Assembly: GCA_035510735.1 (NCBI GenBank)
Contig: DATKGN010000003.1
Coordinates: 14,208 to 78,207 of the forward strand
Direction: 5' to 3'
Source of the DNA: Patescibacteria group bacterium
GTDB taxonomy: Bacteria; Patescibacteriota; Microgenomatia; UBA10105; UBA927
Length of the DNA: 64,000 nt
The position numbers were made by a program, and so were the translations under genes. Under the pieces are notes generated by a model. It did not search any database. It saw nothing but the letters and a program-made list of their open reading frames with translations, and was not told where the DNA came from. The first letter of the stretch is position 1. Each line of letters begins with the position of its first letter. This document shows positions 10,339 to 19,000 of the stretch, in pieces.

Positions 10339-11034
10339 TTGAGCTTAAATGATATAATGCTGTTGTATGGTTACGCTAACAGGGCGTATTGCCGCTCTAA
10401 GAGTACAAAGGAAAAGATAAAATCGAGTAAAACTATGGGATTAAACGAAAAACTTCGATTATTACAAGAGCACGATGGGGATATTCAAAAATATTCCTCA
10501 ATCGTAGACATTTTGAAAAGCCCGGAATTACAACATCTTGCAGATGAAGGGAAAATTACCGTTGCGATGGTGCGCCCTCATGCGAGTGATAGTAAGCTTG
10601 GGGGAACGGATGTAGATGCAACCGCAAAAATTATACAGGAAATTAAATCTCGACAGCAGATCCTGTTTGGTTTTTCATGCGTCTTCACCAAAGAGATGTG
10701 CCTCGATTTTTATCAAGGCAGTCCCGTAGAAAATCAGAGCAGGATACCTCCAATCCGCACCTCAAACGCAAAAAACCGTTGGGAGGAATTTATGGATCTT
10801 CTCACTTCGGCTCCCTCGACAGTCCTCATTTTGTATTCCCCTAATGGTGATGCCGTCAAACGGTGGCGCGATCAGATAGGTGTTCGGTATAATTCCGAAA
10901 GCGATCCTACTAAAACTATTCGTGGCAAATTTGGTTTGCCTGACAACCATAATAATCTAGTTCATGGAAGCGATAGCACTAAAGCAGTTAAACGAGAAAT
11001 CAACTTTTTTTTACACTATGGCGGCATTTCATGA
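10339..11034 (+). CDS. Divergent nucleoside-diphosphate-kinase-like protein (array gene 5a)
   Basis: NDK-family motifs are present: ITVAMVRPHA (compare the canonical IKPDG region), TIRGKFG, and NLVHGSDS carrying the catalytic His. The N-terminal extension is unrelated to NDK. Confidence 0.5.
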   Translation: MSLNDIMLLYGYANRAYCRSKSTKEKIKSSKTMGLNEKLRLLQEHDGDIQKYSSIVDILKSPELQHLADEGKITVAMVRPHASDSKLGGTDVDATAKIIQEIKSRQQILFGFSCVFTKEMCLDFYQGSPVENQSRIPPIRTSNAKNRWEEFMDLLTSAPSTVLILYSPNGDAVKRWRDQIGVRYNSESDPTKTIRGKFGLPDNHNNLVHGSDSTKAVKREINFFLHYGGIS

Positions 11035-11584
11035 ATTTTTAGCAGAAAACGAACTCTTTCGCGTTCTTGGTGACCATGGATTCGATATCGGTCCCGAGCC
11101 TCACCATCAAAGTCAACCACGTCCACTACTTATACGTGGAGATAACCACCTAAATTTCATAATGGGTAAAGAGTCCAATTTTTCTCCTCATTCCGGACAA
11201 ATGGGCAGTTGGGGAGTTTTTTTAGCAGACACAATCTCGGCAGTTATGTTTGGGGACGTCTATTATGTCTTTCATAGTTCCAGGTTGCTTTCAGCTACTG
11301 GTGAAGCTTCATGGTTAAACCCTCAATCGACAAAATGGAACGATCTTTTTGATTCTATTGCTGCAAAAAAACGATTAAATACCCGTACATTAAGCGGAGG
11401 TCTTGAGGCGGAAACCGAAATATATAAACATTATCCAATCTATGAGCCAAACCTTGGCATTGCTACGATCCCGACTTCCGTCTCAATAGCGATGGCAGAC
11501 AAAATAATGATAAAAAAACAAACATATGAAACTGTGCAAAATCGTATTCCCTCCTACCTTCTACCAAAAGTGGTAATATTTTAG
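11018..11584 (+). CDS. Hypothetical protein (array gene 5b); its start overlaps the stop of the NDK-like gene
   Basis: The ORF 10964..11584 was trimmed to the ATG at 11018, which overlaps the upstream stop by 17 bp. No recognisable motif. Confidence 0.4.
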   Translation: MAAFHEFLAENELFRVLGDHGFDIGPEPHHQSQPRPLLIRGDNHLNFIMGKESNFSPHSGQMGSWGVFLADTISAVMFGDVYYVFHSSRLLSATGEASWLNPQSTKWNDLFDSIAAKKRLNTRTLSGGLEAETEIYKHYPIYEPNLGIATIPTSVSIAMADKIMIKKQTYETVQNRIPSYLLPKVVIF

Positions 11585-11726
11585 CTATGGAGATAGCATT
11601 TATTATTGAGTGCAACCTCGATATTGATCCTTTAAAACGTAAGGAAATTCGAGTTCAACGTAAAACGTCTTGTACAAAATTTGGCGATATCGTTTATAGT
11701 CTTTTTTCAAAAATTAGCTTCGTGTA

Positions 11727-11820
11727 CCCCTACGAGACCATATACGAACCTGGTTTGCTTCAAATACACAGGAAGCGAACTTGCTACATGCGGTGTATAG
11801 ATGTTTAGCTATATAAAATA
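11727..11820 (+). repeat. Array repeat copy 6 (last)
   Basis: cccctacgagaccatatacgaacctggtttgcttcaaat, then gtgtatagatgtttagctatataaaata at the 3' end. Confidence 0.75.
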
Positions 11821-11838
11821 TGCTGGTTGACCGATAAA

Positions 11839-12414
11839 TTATCTTTCCACTTTCCAATCAAATTTTGATGTACCGTTGGCCTCAATAAGTACGAATGGTT
11901 TAGGTGTACCTTGATCTTGTACTACATGAAGTGTGAACAAAGTATTAATTGACTTTGTTTGTAATCCAGGGTAACTTCGTGCTCCCGTGTTTTCTTCCCA
12001 CTCTCTTTCAAAGTCAAGGCTAGAATTACTTAACGATAAACCGGAATTGTGAAATGAGGGTTCAATTTCTTCTTCGTATGTTCTTCTAATTGCGGCATCC
12101 ATAGATTCATTCGCATGCCGTTTTTCCGCATACGTCCCAGGGAGATCTCTGTGTTTACCCTTTTTATTTTCAGCCTCAAAACATTTAAAATGCACACCCC
12201 GATTATGATAAGAAACATCAATGAAGATAGGCCACGTAAGTCTTAGCAACCCATGTTCCATTCTTACAAGTCCGCTATCACCTTCCAATATTTCTTGATA
12301 CAATTCAGTGGGACTTTTTGCTCCGTTCGCACCCCAGGGCCCAATATCAACATAACTCCGTAAATAATCTCTGAATTGATCTAAAGATTTAAAGCCCAAA
12401 AAGTCTTCTGGCAT
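11839..12414 (-). CDS. Hypothetical protein
   Basis: 191 aa ORF in the opposite orientation, between the array and tRNA-Glu. Confidence 0.45.
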   Translation of the reverse strand: MPEDFLGFKSLDQFRDYLRSYVDIGPWGANGAKSPTELYQEILEGDSGLVRMEHGLLRLTWPIFIDVSYHNRGVHFKCFEAENKKGKHRDLPGTYAEKRHANESMDAAIRRTYEEEIEPSFHNSGLSLSNSSLDFEREWEENTGARSYPGLQTKSINTLFTLHVVQDQGTPKPFVLIEANGTSKFDWKVER

Positions 12415-12467
12415 GGGGTAATTGTACTATAGGTTTAAGTAGACTTCAACTTCGAACTTTCATCGAG

Positions 12468-12541
12468 TACCCCCTGCCGGATTCGAACCGGCGGTTCACG
12501 GGCTGAAAACCCGTTGTCCTAGGCCGCTAGACGAAGGGGGC
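12468..12541 (-). tRNA. tRNA-Glu (anticodon UUC)
   Basis: Hand-folded cloverleaf: acceptor GCCCCCT/AGGGGGT, D-arm GTCTAGCGGCCTAGGAC, anticodon loop TTTTCAG, T-arm GCCGG-TTCGAAT-CCGGC. Confidence 0.85.
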
Positions 12542-12644
12542 CAACATTAATAAACCAATAATCCAATAAACAAATAAGCAATAAACAATGCTGCAAATTG
12601 GATTTTATCAAAAAATCAATACAAAAGGAAATGAATGAGCTAAA

Positions 12645-13244
12645 TTACGGCTTCTTGGAAAAGCAGTTGCGGCAGCGGGCCTCGTAAGAATCCAACCGGC
12701 CGACTAATGAGGGGTCCGCTTTCAGAGGGTCAATTTTTTTCCCATCGGTGATGCGTTTGTGGAATACCGCCTCGGCTCCGCAAATACTGCAGATCGCGGA
12801 CAATTTCGTCGACTTGTCAGCCATGCTCATAAGCGTCGGGATGGGAGGGAACGGTTGGCGGTCGTAGGTCATAGCAAGGCCCGCAACGATAACATGTTTT
12901 CCCTCATCAAGAAATTTCTGGATGACGGGGATAAGCTCACCGCCGAACCACTGGGCCTCATCAATGGCGATAAGATCCGTATTTTTACGTGTGTTTTTGA
13001 GGATTTGGGATGCTTTGGTGACAAGCTCTGACTCAAAACTTAGCCCGGCGTGGGAAAACACCTTGCGGTCGTTGCCGTAGCGCGTATCGATAGCGTGTTT
13101 AAAAACCTGGACATGCTTTTTGGCAATCGCTGCACGCTTCACCTGGCGTATGAGTTCTTCCGTTTTTCCGCAGTACATGGGGCCGGCGATGACTTCCAGA
13201 TATCCTATGCGTTTTGATACATTTTTCACAAGGATAGTATACAC
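12645..13244 (-). CDS. tdk: Thymidine kinase
   Basis: P-loop GPMYCGKTEEL, an IDEAQWF motif, and a C-terminal zinc ribbon CSICGAEA...CRNC. Confidence 0.85.
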   Translation of the reverse strand: MYTILVKNVSKRIGYLEVIAGPMYCGKTEELIRQVKRAAIAKKHVQVFKHAIDTRYGNDRKVFSHAGLSFESELVTKASQILKNTRKNTDLIAIDEAQWFGGELIPVIQKFLDEGKHVIVAGLAMTYDRQPFPPIPTLMSMADKSTKLSAICSICGAEAVFHKRITDGKKIDPLKADPSLVGRLDSYEARCRNCFSKKP

Positions 13245-13355
13245 CTTTGTATTATTTTTGTGTTTTGCTACTATGTTCCGTTACATGATAGCAAATGGAC
13301 AAATTGATCTATTTCGTATTATTTTAGACCTATTGACGCCTGTAGCAGTTCGTTT

Positions 13356-13682
13356 ATGATGAGTATGTTCGGGTATATTTCGGCTTTGTCCGCCATAGCT
13401 TTAGCGACGGCGGAGTATATTTCGGTTAAACCTATGAGCGAACCTATTGACGAATCCGTGTCGGTTGACCTTCTCTCCAATCATCTTAAGCGCTCTGCGT
13501 ATCCGTGGATTATCCATTGGCGCGGCAACCGCTATATGATGACAAAAGTTGGTCTCCACCATACGCTTCGTGACGGACGGATTCTTTATCACGTATTTAG
13601 CGTGACGGACGGAAATACGTTTTTTAAGCTCCGGTTTAACACGGAAACACTGGCATGGAAACTCATGGAAATTGACAGTTAA
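13356..13682 (+). CDS. Hypothetical small protein with a signal-peptide-like N-terminus (uncertain)
   Basis: 108 aa ORF. It is overlapped by an antisense ORF of similar length, so the coding strand is ambiguous. Confidence 0.25.
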   Translation: MMSMFGYISALSAIALATAEYISVKPMSEPIDESVSVDLLSNHLKRSAYPWIIHWRGNRYMMTKVGLHHTLRDGRILYHVFSVTDGNTFFKLRFNTETLAWKLMEIDS

Positions 13683-13769
13683 ATCAGGTGTCATTGCGAG
13701 GATCCGTCGGCTGACGGAGACAAAGCAATCTAAAAAAAAGATTGCCGCGTCTCGCGGACTCGACTCTCA

Positions 13770-15200
13770 ATGACAAACAAAATGCAATTTACCTTAAAAG
13801 CACCAACAGTGATGCATGTTGATATCAATTCCTGTTTTGCAACTGTTGAGCAGCAGGCAAACCCGCTTATTCGTGGTAAACCCGTGGTGGTTGCAGCATA
13901 TGTGGAGGATCACGGATGTATTCTTGCGGCTTCGCGGGAAGCAAAACAGTTAGGGATCAAAACCGGCATGCGGGTGCGTGAGGCAAAGTGGCTCTACTCC
14001 CGCCTGGTCGTACTTGCGCCGGACCCTGACAAGTATCGCTATGTAAATAGACAGCTTCTGGCAGTCCTTGAGGAATATTCTGCGGAGGTAAGCATTGAAT
14101 CGATTGATGAGATGGTCTTAACCCTTGCAGATTCACCCGCGCTTGAGAGGAAAGTGCAGGAAGTTCGGACGTTGATGTCTAATAATACAGAAAATTGTTC
14201 TATTGTTACATTGTTAGATTGTTGGGGAAACCAAAATAACCCTGAAAGAAAAAATAGCAATATAGCAATAGAACAATGTAACAATTTGGAGAATCACGCA
14301 ATAGTCACTGGGGCGATGGTAGAAATCGGGAAAGAGATAAAACAGAGGATTAAAACGGAAATCGGTGATTGGATGACAGTATCGATCGGCATCGCACCCA
14401 ACCGGTATCTTGCGAAAGTCGCGTCAGGACTTCATAAACCCGACGGGCTGGACATCATTACCCGCGAGAATATTGAGAAGATCTTTACAGGACTTCGGCT
14501 CGAAGACTTGTGCGGCATCAAAGCGGGGAATGCGAACCGTTTACGGTATGCCGGTATCATGAATCCCGGTATCATGTATAGGACGGATGCAGCAGCGCTC
14601 GTGCGGGCGTTTCATTCGATTGTCGGCTATCATTGGTGGAACAGGCTCCACGGGTATGAAGATGGGTCGCTCTATAAAGCGTTTGGCGCCCCGCAGGATG
14701 AGCAAAAAACATTCGGTCAGTCCTACGCCTTCGGGAAGCCGTATATGCCGCAGGATCCGAAAATTCACCAGGTATTAACCCAATTGGTGATCAAAATGGG
14801 TAGACGCGTGCGGCACGCCGGGGCTGTCGCTCACGGGATTGGGGTATCCGCCTTATTTACCGACTATTCTCATTGGGGCGCGCGTGAGACGCATGCGCTA
14901 CCGCTTTTTGCCGACAATGATTTTTTTCACCGGACAAAAACACTCCTTTGTGCTGCTCCGGCCCGGCCTGTTCGGATTCTTGCGGTGTATTGCTTTAAGC
15001 TTGATAGAACACTCTATGCGCAGGAAAGCCTCCTACCGGAAGAGACAAAAAAGAAGCAACTGACCCAGGCGATAGATGCTATCGGTGACCGGTGGGGAGA
15101 ATTTGTCCTCACGAGCGGCCGGATGCTTCATATGGATGAACAGGTTCTCGACCGGATTGCGTTTGGGAAAGTACGGGATCTGACGAAAACAACCGTTTAA
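13770..15200 (+). CDS. Y-family DNA polymerase (DinB/UmuC-like) carrying a roughly 45 aa low-complexity insertion
   Basis: MHVDINSCFATVEQ in the palm domain; SIGIAPNRYLAKVASGLHKPDGL. The extra Asn/Cys-rich segment lies at aa 135-180. Confidence 0.8.
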   Translation: MTNKMQFTLKAPTVMHVDINSCFATVEQQANPLIRGKPVVVAAYVEDHGCILAASREAKQLGIKTGMRVREAKWLYSRLVVLAPDPDKYRYVNRQLLAVLEEYSAEVSIESIDEMVLTLADSPALERKVQEVRTLMSNNTENCSIVTLLDCWGNQNNPERKNSNIAIEQCNNLENHAIVTGAMVEIGKEIKQRIKTEIGDWMTVSIGIAPNRYLAKVASGLHKPDGLDIITRENIEKIFTGLRLEDLCGIKAGNANRLRYAGIMNPGIMYRTDAAALVRAFHSIVGYHWWNRLHGYEDGSLYKAFGAPQDEQKTFGQSYAFGKPYMPQDPKIHQVLTQLVIKMGRRVRHAGAVAHGIGVSALFTDYSHWGARETHALPLFADNDFFHRTKTLLCAAPARPVRILAVYCFKLDRTLYAQESLLPEETKKKQLTQAIDAIGDRWGEFVLTSGRMLHMDEQVLDRIAFGKVRDLTKTTV

Positions 15201-15345
15201 CAAAGTAACGAAAACAACAAAACGACCAAGTAACTAAGTAACCAATTAACAAAACAACGAGAATAACAAATTAACGAAAACAACAAAACGACAAGACGAC
15301 GAAATAACCAAGTAACAAAATGACAAATAAACAGGAAGGTGTAAA

Positions 15346-16533
15346 ATGGCAGGGATGAACGATACACGGCCACTTGCCGAAATATTACGACCGAAAACAC
15401 TTGATGATGTTGTCGGTCAAGATCATCTTGTCGGCGCTAACGGCATTATACGAAAATTGCTGGCGGCGGAGTTTTTGCCGTCTATGATCTTTTGGGGCCC
15501 TCCCGGATGCGGCAAGACAACGCTCGCCCAACTTCTTGCAACCCTTACGGACGCACATTTTGAGTCACGATCGGCAGTTACGTCTGCGCTTGCCGATGTC
15601 CGAAAAATTATTAAAGAATCTGAAGAACGGTTAACGCGCGGGCAAAAGACGGTTTTTTTCCTGGATGAAATTCACCGGTTTAATAAGGCCCAGCAGGATG
15701 CACTCCTCCCTCACGTTGAGCGGGGAACAGTTATATTTATCGGTGCGACGACCGAAAATCCCTCGTTTGAAGTTATCTCGCCGCTCCTTTCGCGGTGCCG
15801 CGTCCTTGTGGTGAAACCGCTTGAAACGGAAAGTCTGCGGATTATTACCGATAAAGCATTAGCCTATGTGAAAGGGAAAATAGACGCTGAGGCGAGGACG
15901 TTTTTATTGGAGGTTGCAAACGGTGACGCCAGGAGTCTTCTTAATATTATTGAAATTGCCTCCCAACTTTCTAAAAAAAAGACCATGACAACTGCGATTA
16001 TCGAAGAGGCGGCACAGAGAAAAATGCTTCAATATGACCGGGTCGGCGAGGAACATTACAACACAATTTCTGCCTTCATTAAATCGATGCGGGCGAGTGA
16101 CCCTGATGCTGCACTTTACTATTTGGCCCGGATGGTTGCAGCAGGTGAAGACCCACTCTTCATTGCACGGCGGATGGTGGTATTCGCATCTGAAGACATT
16201 GGAATGGCTCAACCGACGGCTTTGGTGGTCGCTAATGCCGTGTTTGAGGCGTGCAATAAAATAGGCTATCCCGAGTGCCAGGAAAATTTAGCCCACGGTG
16301 TCGTCTATCTGTGTCTTGCAAAAAAAGACAGAAGTGCGTATAACGCCTATATGGCGGCGCTCGCGGATGCCAAGAAGTTCGGAAATCTTCCTATACCTTT
16401 GAATATCCGAAACGCACCAACGAATCTTATGAAATCCCTGGGGTACGGCGCTGGCTACGATAAATATACAAAAGAAAGTTTATTACCCGATAAATTAAAA
16501 GGTAAAACATATTATAATAGGAGCTCATCATGA
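15346..16533 (+). CDS. rarA: Replication-associated recombination protein A (AAA+ ATPase, MgsA/WRNIP1 family)
   Basis: Walker A box GPPGCGKTT, a DEIHRFNKAQQD box, and conserved C-terminal MgsA helices. Confidence 0.85.
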   Translation: MAGMNDTRPLAEILRPKTLDDVVGQDHLVGANGIIRKLLAAEFLPSMIFWGPPGCGKTTLAQLLATLTDAHFESRSAVTSALADVRKIIKESEERLTRGQKTVFFLDEIHRFNKAQQDALLPHVERGTVIFIGATTENPSFEVISPLLSRCRVLVVKPLETESLRIITDKALAYVKGKIDAEARTFLLEVANGDARSLLNIIEIASQLSKKKTMTTAIIEEAAQRKMLQYDRVGEEHYNTISAFIKSMRASDPDAALYYLARMVAAGEDPLFIARRMVVFASEDIGMAQPTALVVANAVFEACNKIGYPECQENLAHGVVYLCLAKKDRSAYNAYMAALADAKKFGNLPIPLNIRNAPTNLMKSLGYGAGYDKYTKESLLPDKLKGKTYYNRSSS

Positions 16534-16952
16534 AAACAGAGATATCAGCGGGAGGCGTTGTGGTCAGGAAAAAGAAGGGTGAGTGGCAGGTTCTTCTTAT
16601 CCGCGATATGAATGATACCTGGACGTTCCCGAAGGGGAAAATTGAAAAAGGCGAAACGAGGAAGAGTGCTGCCACCCGTGAAATTAAAGAGGAAGTGGGA
16701 CTCACGGCCATCCGCTATATCGCTCCCGCGAAGGTGATTCACTACTTCTATAAACGCGGCAGTTTGGTTGACAAAACGGTTTATTATTATATGTTTGAGT
16801 CACAGAAGCATGAGCGGTTGATGTGTCAAAAAGAAGAGGGTATTCGTGATGCCAGATGGCTTTCATTCAGTACGGCATATAAACGATTGGGCTATCCTCA
16901 AAGCAACGGGCCGGTATTAAAAAACGCTGAAAAATTGCTTTCATCCGTATGA
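16530..16952 (+). CDS. NUDIX hydrolase
   Basis: Nudix box GKIEKGETRKSAATREIKEEVGL. Its start overlaps the rarA stop (ATGA). Confidence 0.75.
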   Translation: MKTEISAGGVVVRKKKGEWQVLLIRDMNDTWTFPKGKIEKGETRKSAATREIKEEVGLTAIRYIAPAKVIHYFYKRGSLVDKTVYYYMFESQKHERLMCQKEEGIRDARWLSFSTAYKRLGYPQSNGPVLKNAEKLLSSV

Positions 16953-17635
16953 TTACCCTTCTTCACGGTGATTTTATAGAAGCATCACGGAGTGAACTGA
17001 ACCGCCTAAAACAGGCCGCCATAGGACGCGAATTACGGGAATTAGACGGACGGACGGTCGTTGAATCCGATCTCACTCAATCTCTTGAGTCGTCTTCATT
17101 ATTTGGAGAGGACACGGTCGTTATCATCGAACGGTTATTTTCAAAAATCGGGCGTCAGCCGAAACGCATTGAGAAGCTTTGTGCCCTTTTAGCAGGCGAC
17201 TGGTCAACAGATATTATTCTCTGGGAGGACAAAGAATTAGGTGCGACGGTCGTAAAACAGCTCGGGAGCAAAGCACAGGTGCGTCTGTTTAAATTGCCGG
17301 TGTTAATTTTTCAATTCCTCGATTCCATACGTCCGAATAACGCATCGCAAGTACTTGGTATTTATGAAAAACTTATGGCGGATGTGGCGCCGGAACTTGC
17401 ATTTTCGATGCTTGTGAAACGGGTGAGACAGCTCATCCAGCTCTCTGATGGCGGAAGTCCTGCGGGTCTCGCAGGATGGCAAATAAGTCGATTGACAACA
17501 CAGACAAAGTCTTTTACGATGGAACAACTCGTGCGTTTTTACCGGCAGACGCGTGATAGCGAAGTAGCAATGAAAACCGGAACGTCGGCATTTAGGGCGC
17601 GGGAACATGTTGAATATTTGCTCAGCTCACTCTAA
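16949..17635 (+). CDS. holA: Putative DNA polymerase III delta subunit, short form
   Basis: Delta-like N-terminus MITLLHGD...; a C-terminal AMKTG motif as in Firmicute HolA. The start overlaps the upstream stop. Confidence 0.45.
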   Translation: MITLLHGDFIEASRSELNRLKQAAIGRELRELDGRTVVESDLTQSLESSSLFGEDTVVIIERLFSKIGRQPKRIEKLCALLAGDWSTDIILWEDKELGATVVKQLGSKAQVRLFKLPVLIFQFLDSIRPNNASQVLGIYEKLMADVAPELAFSMLVKRVRQLIQLSDGGSPAGLAGWQISRLTTQTKSFTMEQLVRFYRQTRDSEVAMKTGTSAFRAREHVEYLLSSL

Positions 17636-17638
17636 GTC

Positions 17639-19000
17639 ATGACATACGATACCAGCGTTTTTAAAGATTACGATGTACGGGGCATGTATCCCGACCAACT
17701 TAACGGTGATGTTGCGCGCGCCATCGGCTACGCGATTGTCCGAAAGTTTCACCCCAAAACGGTCGCTATTTGCCGTGATATGCGCCTCTCGGGCGTTGAA
17801 ATACGGGACGGGCTCACCGATGCGTTTACGAAATGCGGCGTTAACGTGTTTGACGCGGGACTTACCGGTACGGAAATCTCATATTTTATTTCAGGGAGCC
17901 GGCCGTATGACATGTCGATTATGATTTCAGCCTCCCATAATCCTCCGCAATATAACGGACTTAAAATTGTTCTCAAGGGCCCGGTTGCTGTATCCGGCGA
18001 CTCGGGACTCAAAGATATTAGGGATATGTTATCGATGGATCCGCCGGAACCTGCGGCAGTACCCGGCAAGGTGACAGCGATTGATGTGTTTCCACAGTGG
18101 AAAAAGAAAGTATTGTCATTCTTCAAGCCTTCCGATTTCAAGCCCCTTAAGGTCGTTGTAGATGCCGGAAACGGAATGGCAGGGAAATTGGTACCGATGA
18201 TTTTTGACGGATTGCCATTTCATGTCACACCATTATATTTCGATCTGGACGGCAGGTTCCCGCATCATGTACCCAACCCTCTTGTTGAGACGAACAATAA
18301 AGATTTAATCGCGAAAATGAAAGAAGTCGGGGCCGATGTTGGCCTGACGTTTGACGGAGATGCCGACCGCGTTTTTTTCGTTGATGAGACCGGACGGTTC
18401 GTTTCAGGAACGCTCGTGACGGCCCTTCTTGCGCGGCAAATTCTCGCGACCCATAAAGGGGAGTACGTTTTGTATAGCGCCGTGTGCGGACGCGTGGTTC
18501 CTCAAATTATTGACAAAAATGGCGGGAAATCCATGCGGGTCCGCGTCGGCCACAGCTTCATGAAAAATTTTATGCGGCAGTATCATGCGATTTTTGCAGG
18601 CGAACACTCCGGCCATTATTATCACCGCGATTTTTACAATTCCGAATCGGGCGTCTTGACTGCCCTCATGGTGTTGTCGCTTATTTCTCATGACGGACGC
18701 AAATTTTCAGAACTTGTTCATGAAGTAGATTTGTATCCTGCAAGCGGGGAAATTAATTTTCAGGTGCCTAATATTCCCGACGTCGTTGAGATGATGCGGA
18801 AAACCCATGCGGACGCCAAAACGATCGACGATCTTGACGGGTTGAGTGTTTGGTACCAAACGTATTGGTTTAATATTCGTGCAAGTAAGACTGAACCACT
18901 CATCCGTCTCAACGTTGAGGCCGATACCAAAGAGATTTTGGATGTTCAAACGAAAGCATTAATAAGTAAAATTGCATCAATGGGAGGAGTGATCAAATGA
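17639..19000 (+). CDS. Phosphomannomutase / phosphoglucomutase (alpha-D-phosphohexomutase)
   Basis: Active-site loop SASHNPPQYNGLK; metal-binding FDGDADR. Confidence 0.85.
   Translation: MTYDTSVFKDYDVRGMYPDQLNGDVARAIGYAIVRKFHPKTVAICRDMRLSGVEIRDGLTDAFTKCGVNVFDAGLTGTEISYFISGSRPYDMSIMISASHNPPQYNGLKIVLKGPVAVSGDSGLKDIRDMLSMDPPEPAAVPGKVTAIDVFPQWKKKVLSFFKPSDFKPLKVVVDAGNGMAGKLVPMIFDGLPFHVTPLYFDLDGRFPHHVPNPLVETNNKDLIAKMKEVGADVGLTFDGDADRVFFVDETGRFVSGTLVTALLARQILATHKGEYVLYSAVCGRVVPQIIDKNGGKSMRVRVGHSFMKNFMRQYHAIFAGEHSGHYYHRDFYNSESGVLTALMVLSLISHDGRKFSELVHEVDLYPASGEINFQVPNIPDVVEMMRKTHADAKTIDDLDGLSVWYQTYWFNIRASKTEPLIRLNVEADTKEILDVQTKALISKIASMGGVIK

Noticed and set aside
11587-11808. 73 aa ORF overlapping repeat copy 6.
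   Set aside because: Its C-terminal half is encoded by the conserved repeat element. It is more likely a non-coding repeat than a gene.
6819-11820. Reading the repeat array as a CRISPR array.
   Set aside because: The repeats are ~90 nt, separated by 0.5-1.3 kb spacers that contain full ORFs, and no cas genes are present. This is not CRISPR geometry.
13401-13694. 97 aa minus-strand ORF antisense to 13356..13682.
   Set aside because: Mutually exclusive with the plus-strand ORF. Neither is supported strongly, and only the plus one, with its signal-like N-terminus, is kept at low confidence.
15197-15400. 67 aa minus-strand ORF.
   Set aside because: It is an artefact of translating the complement of a G-depleted CA-rich leader. 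It overlaps the rarA start.
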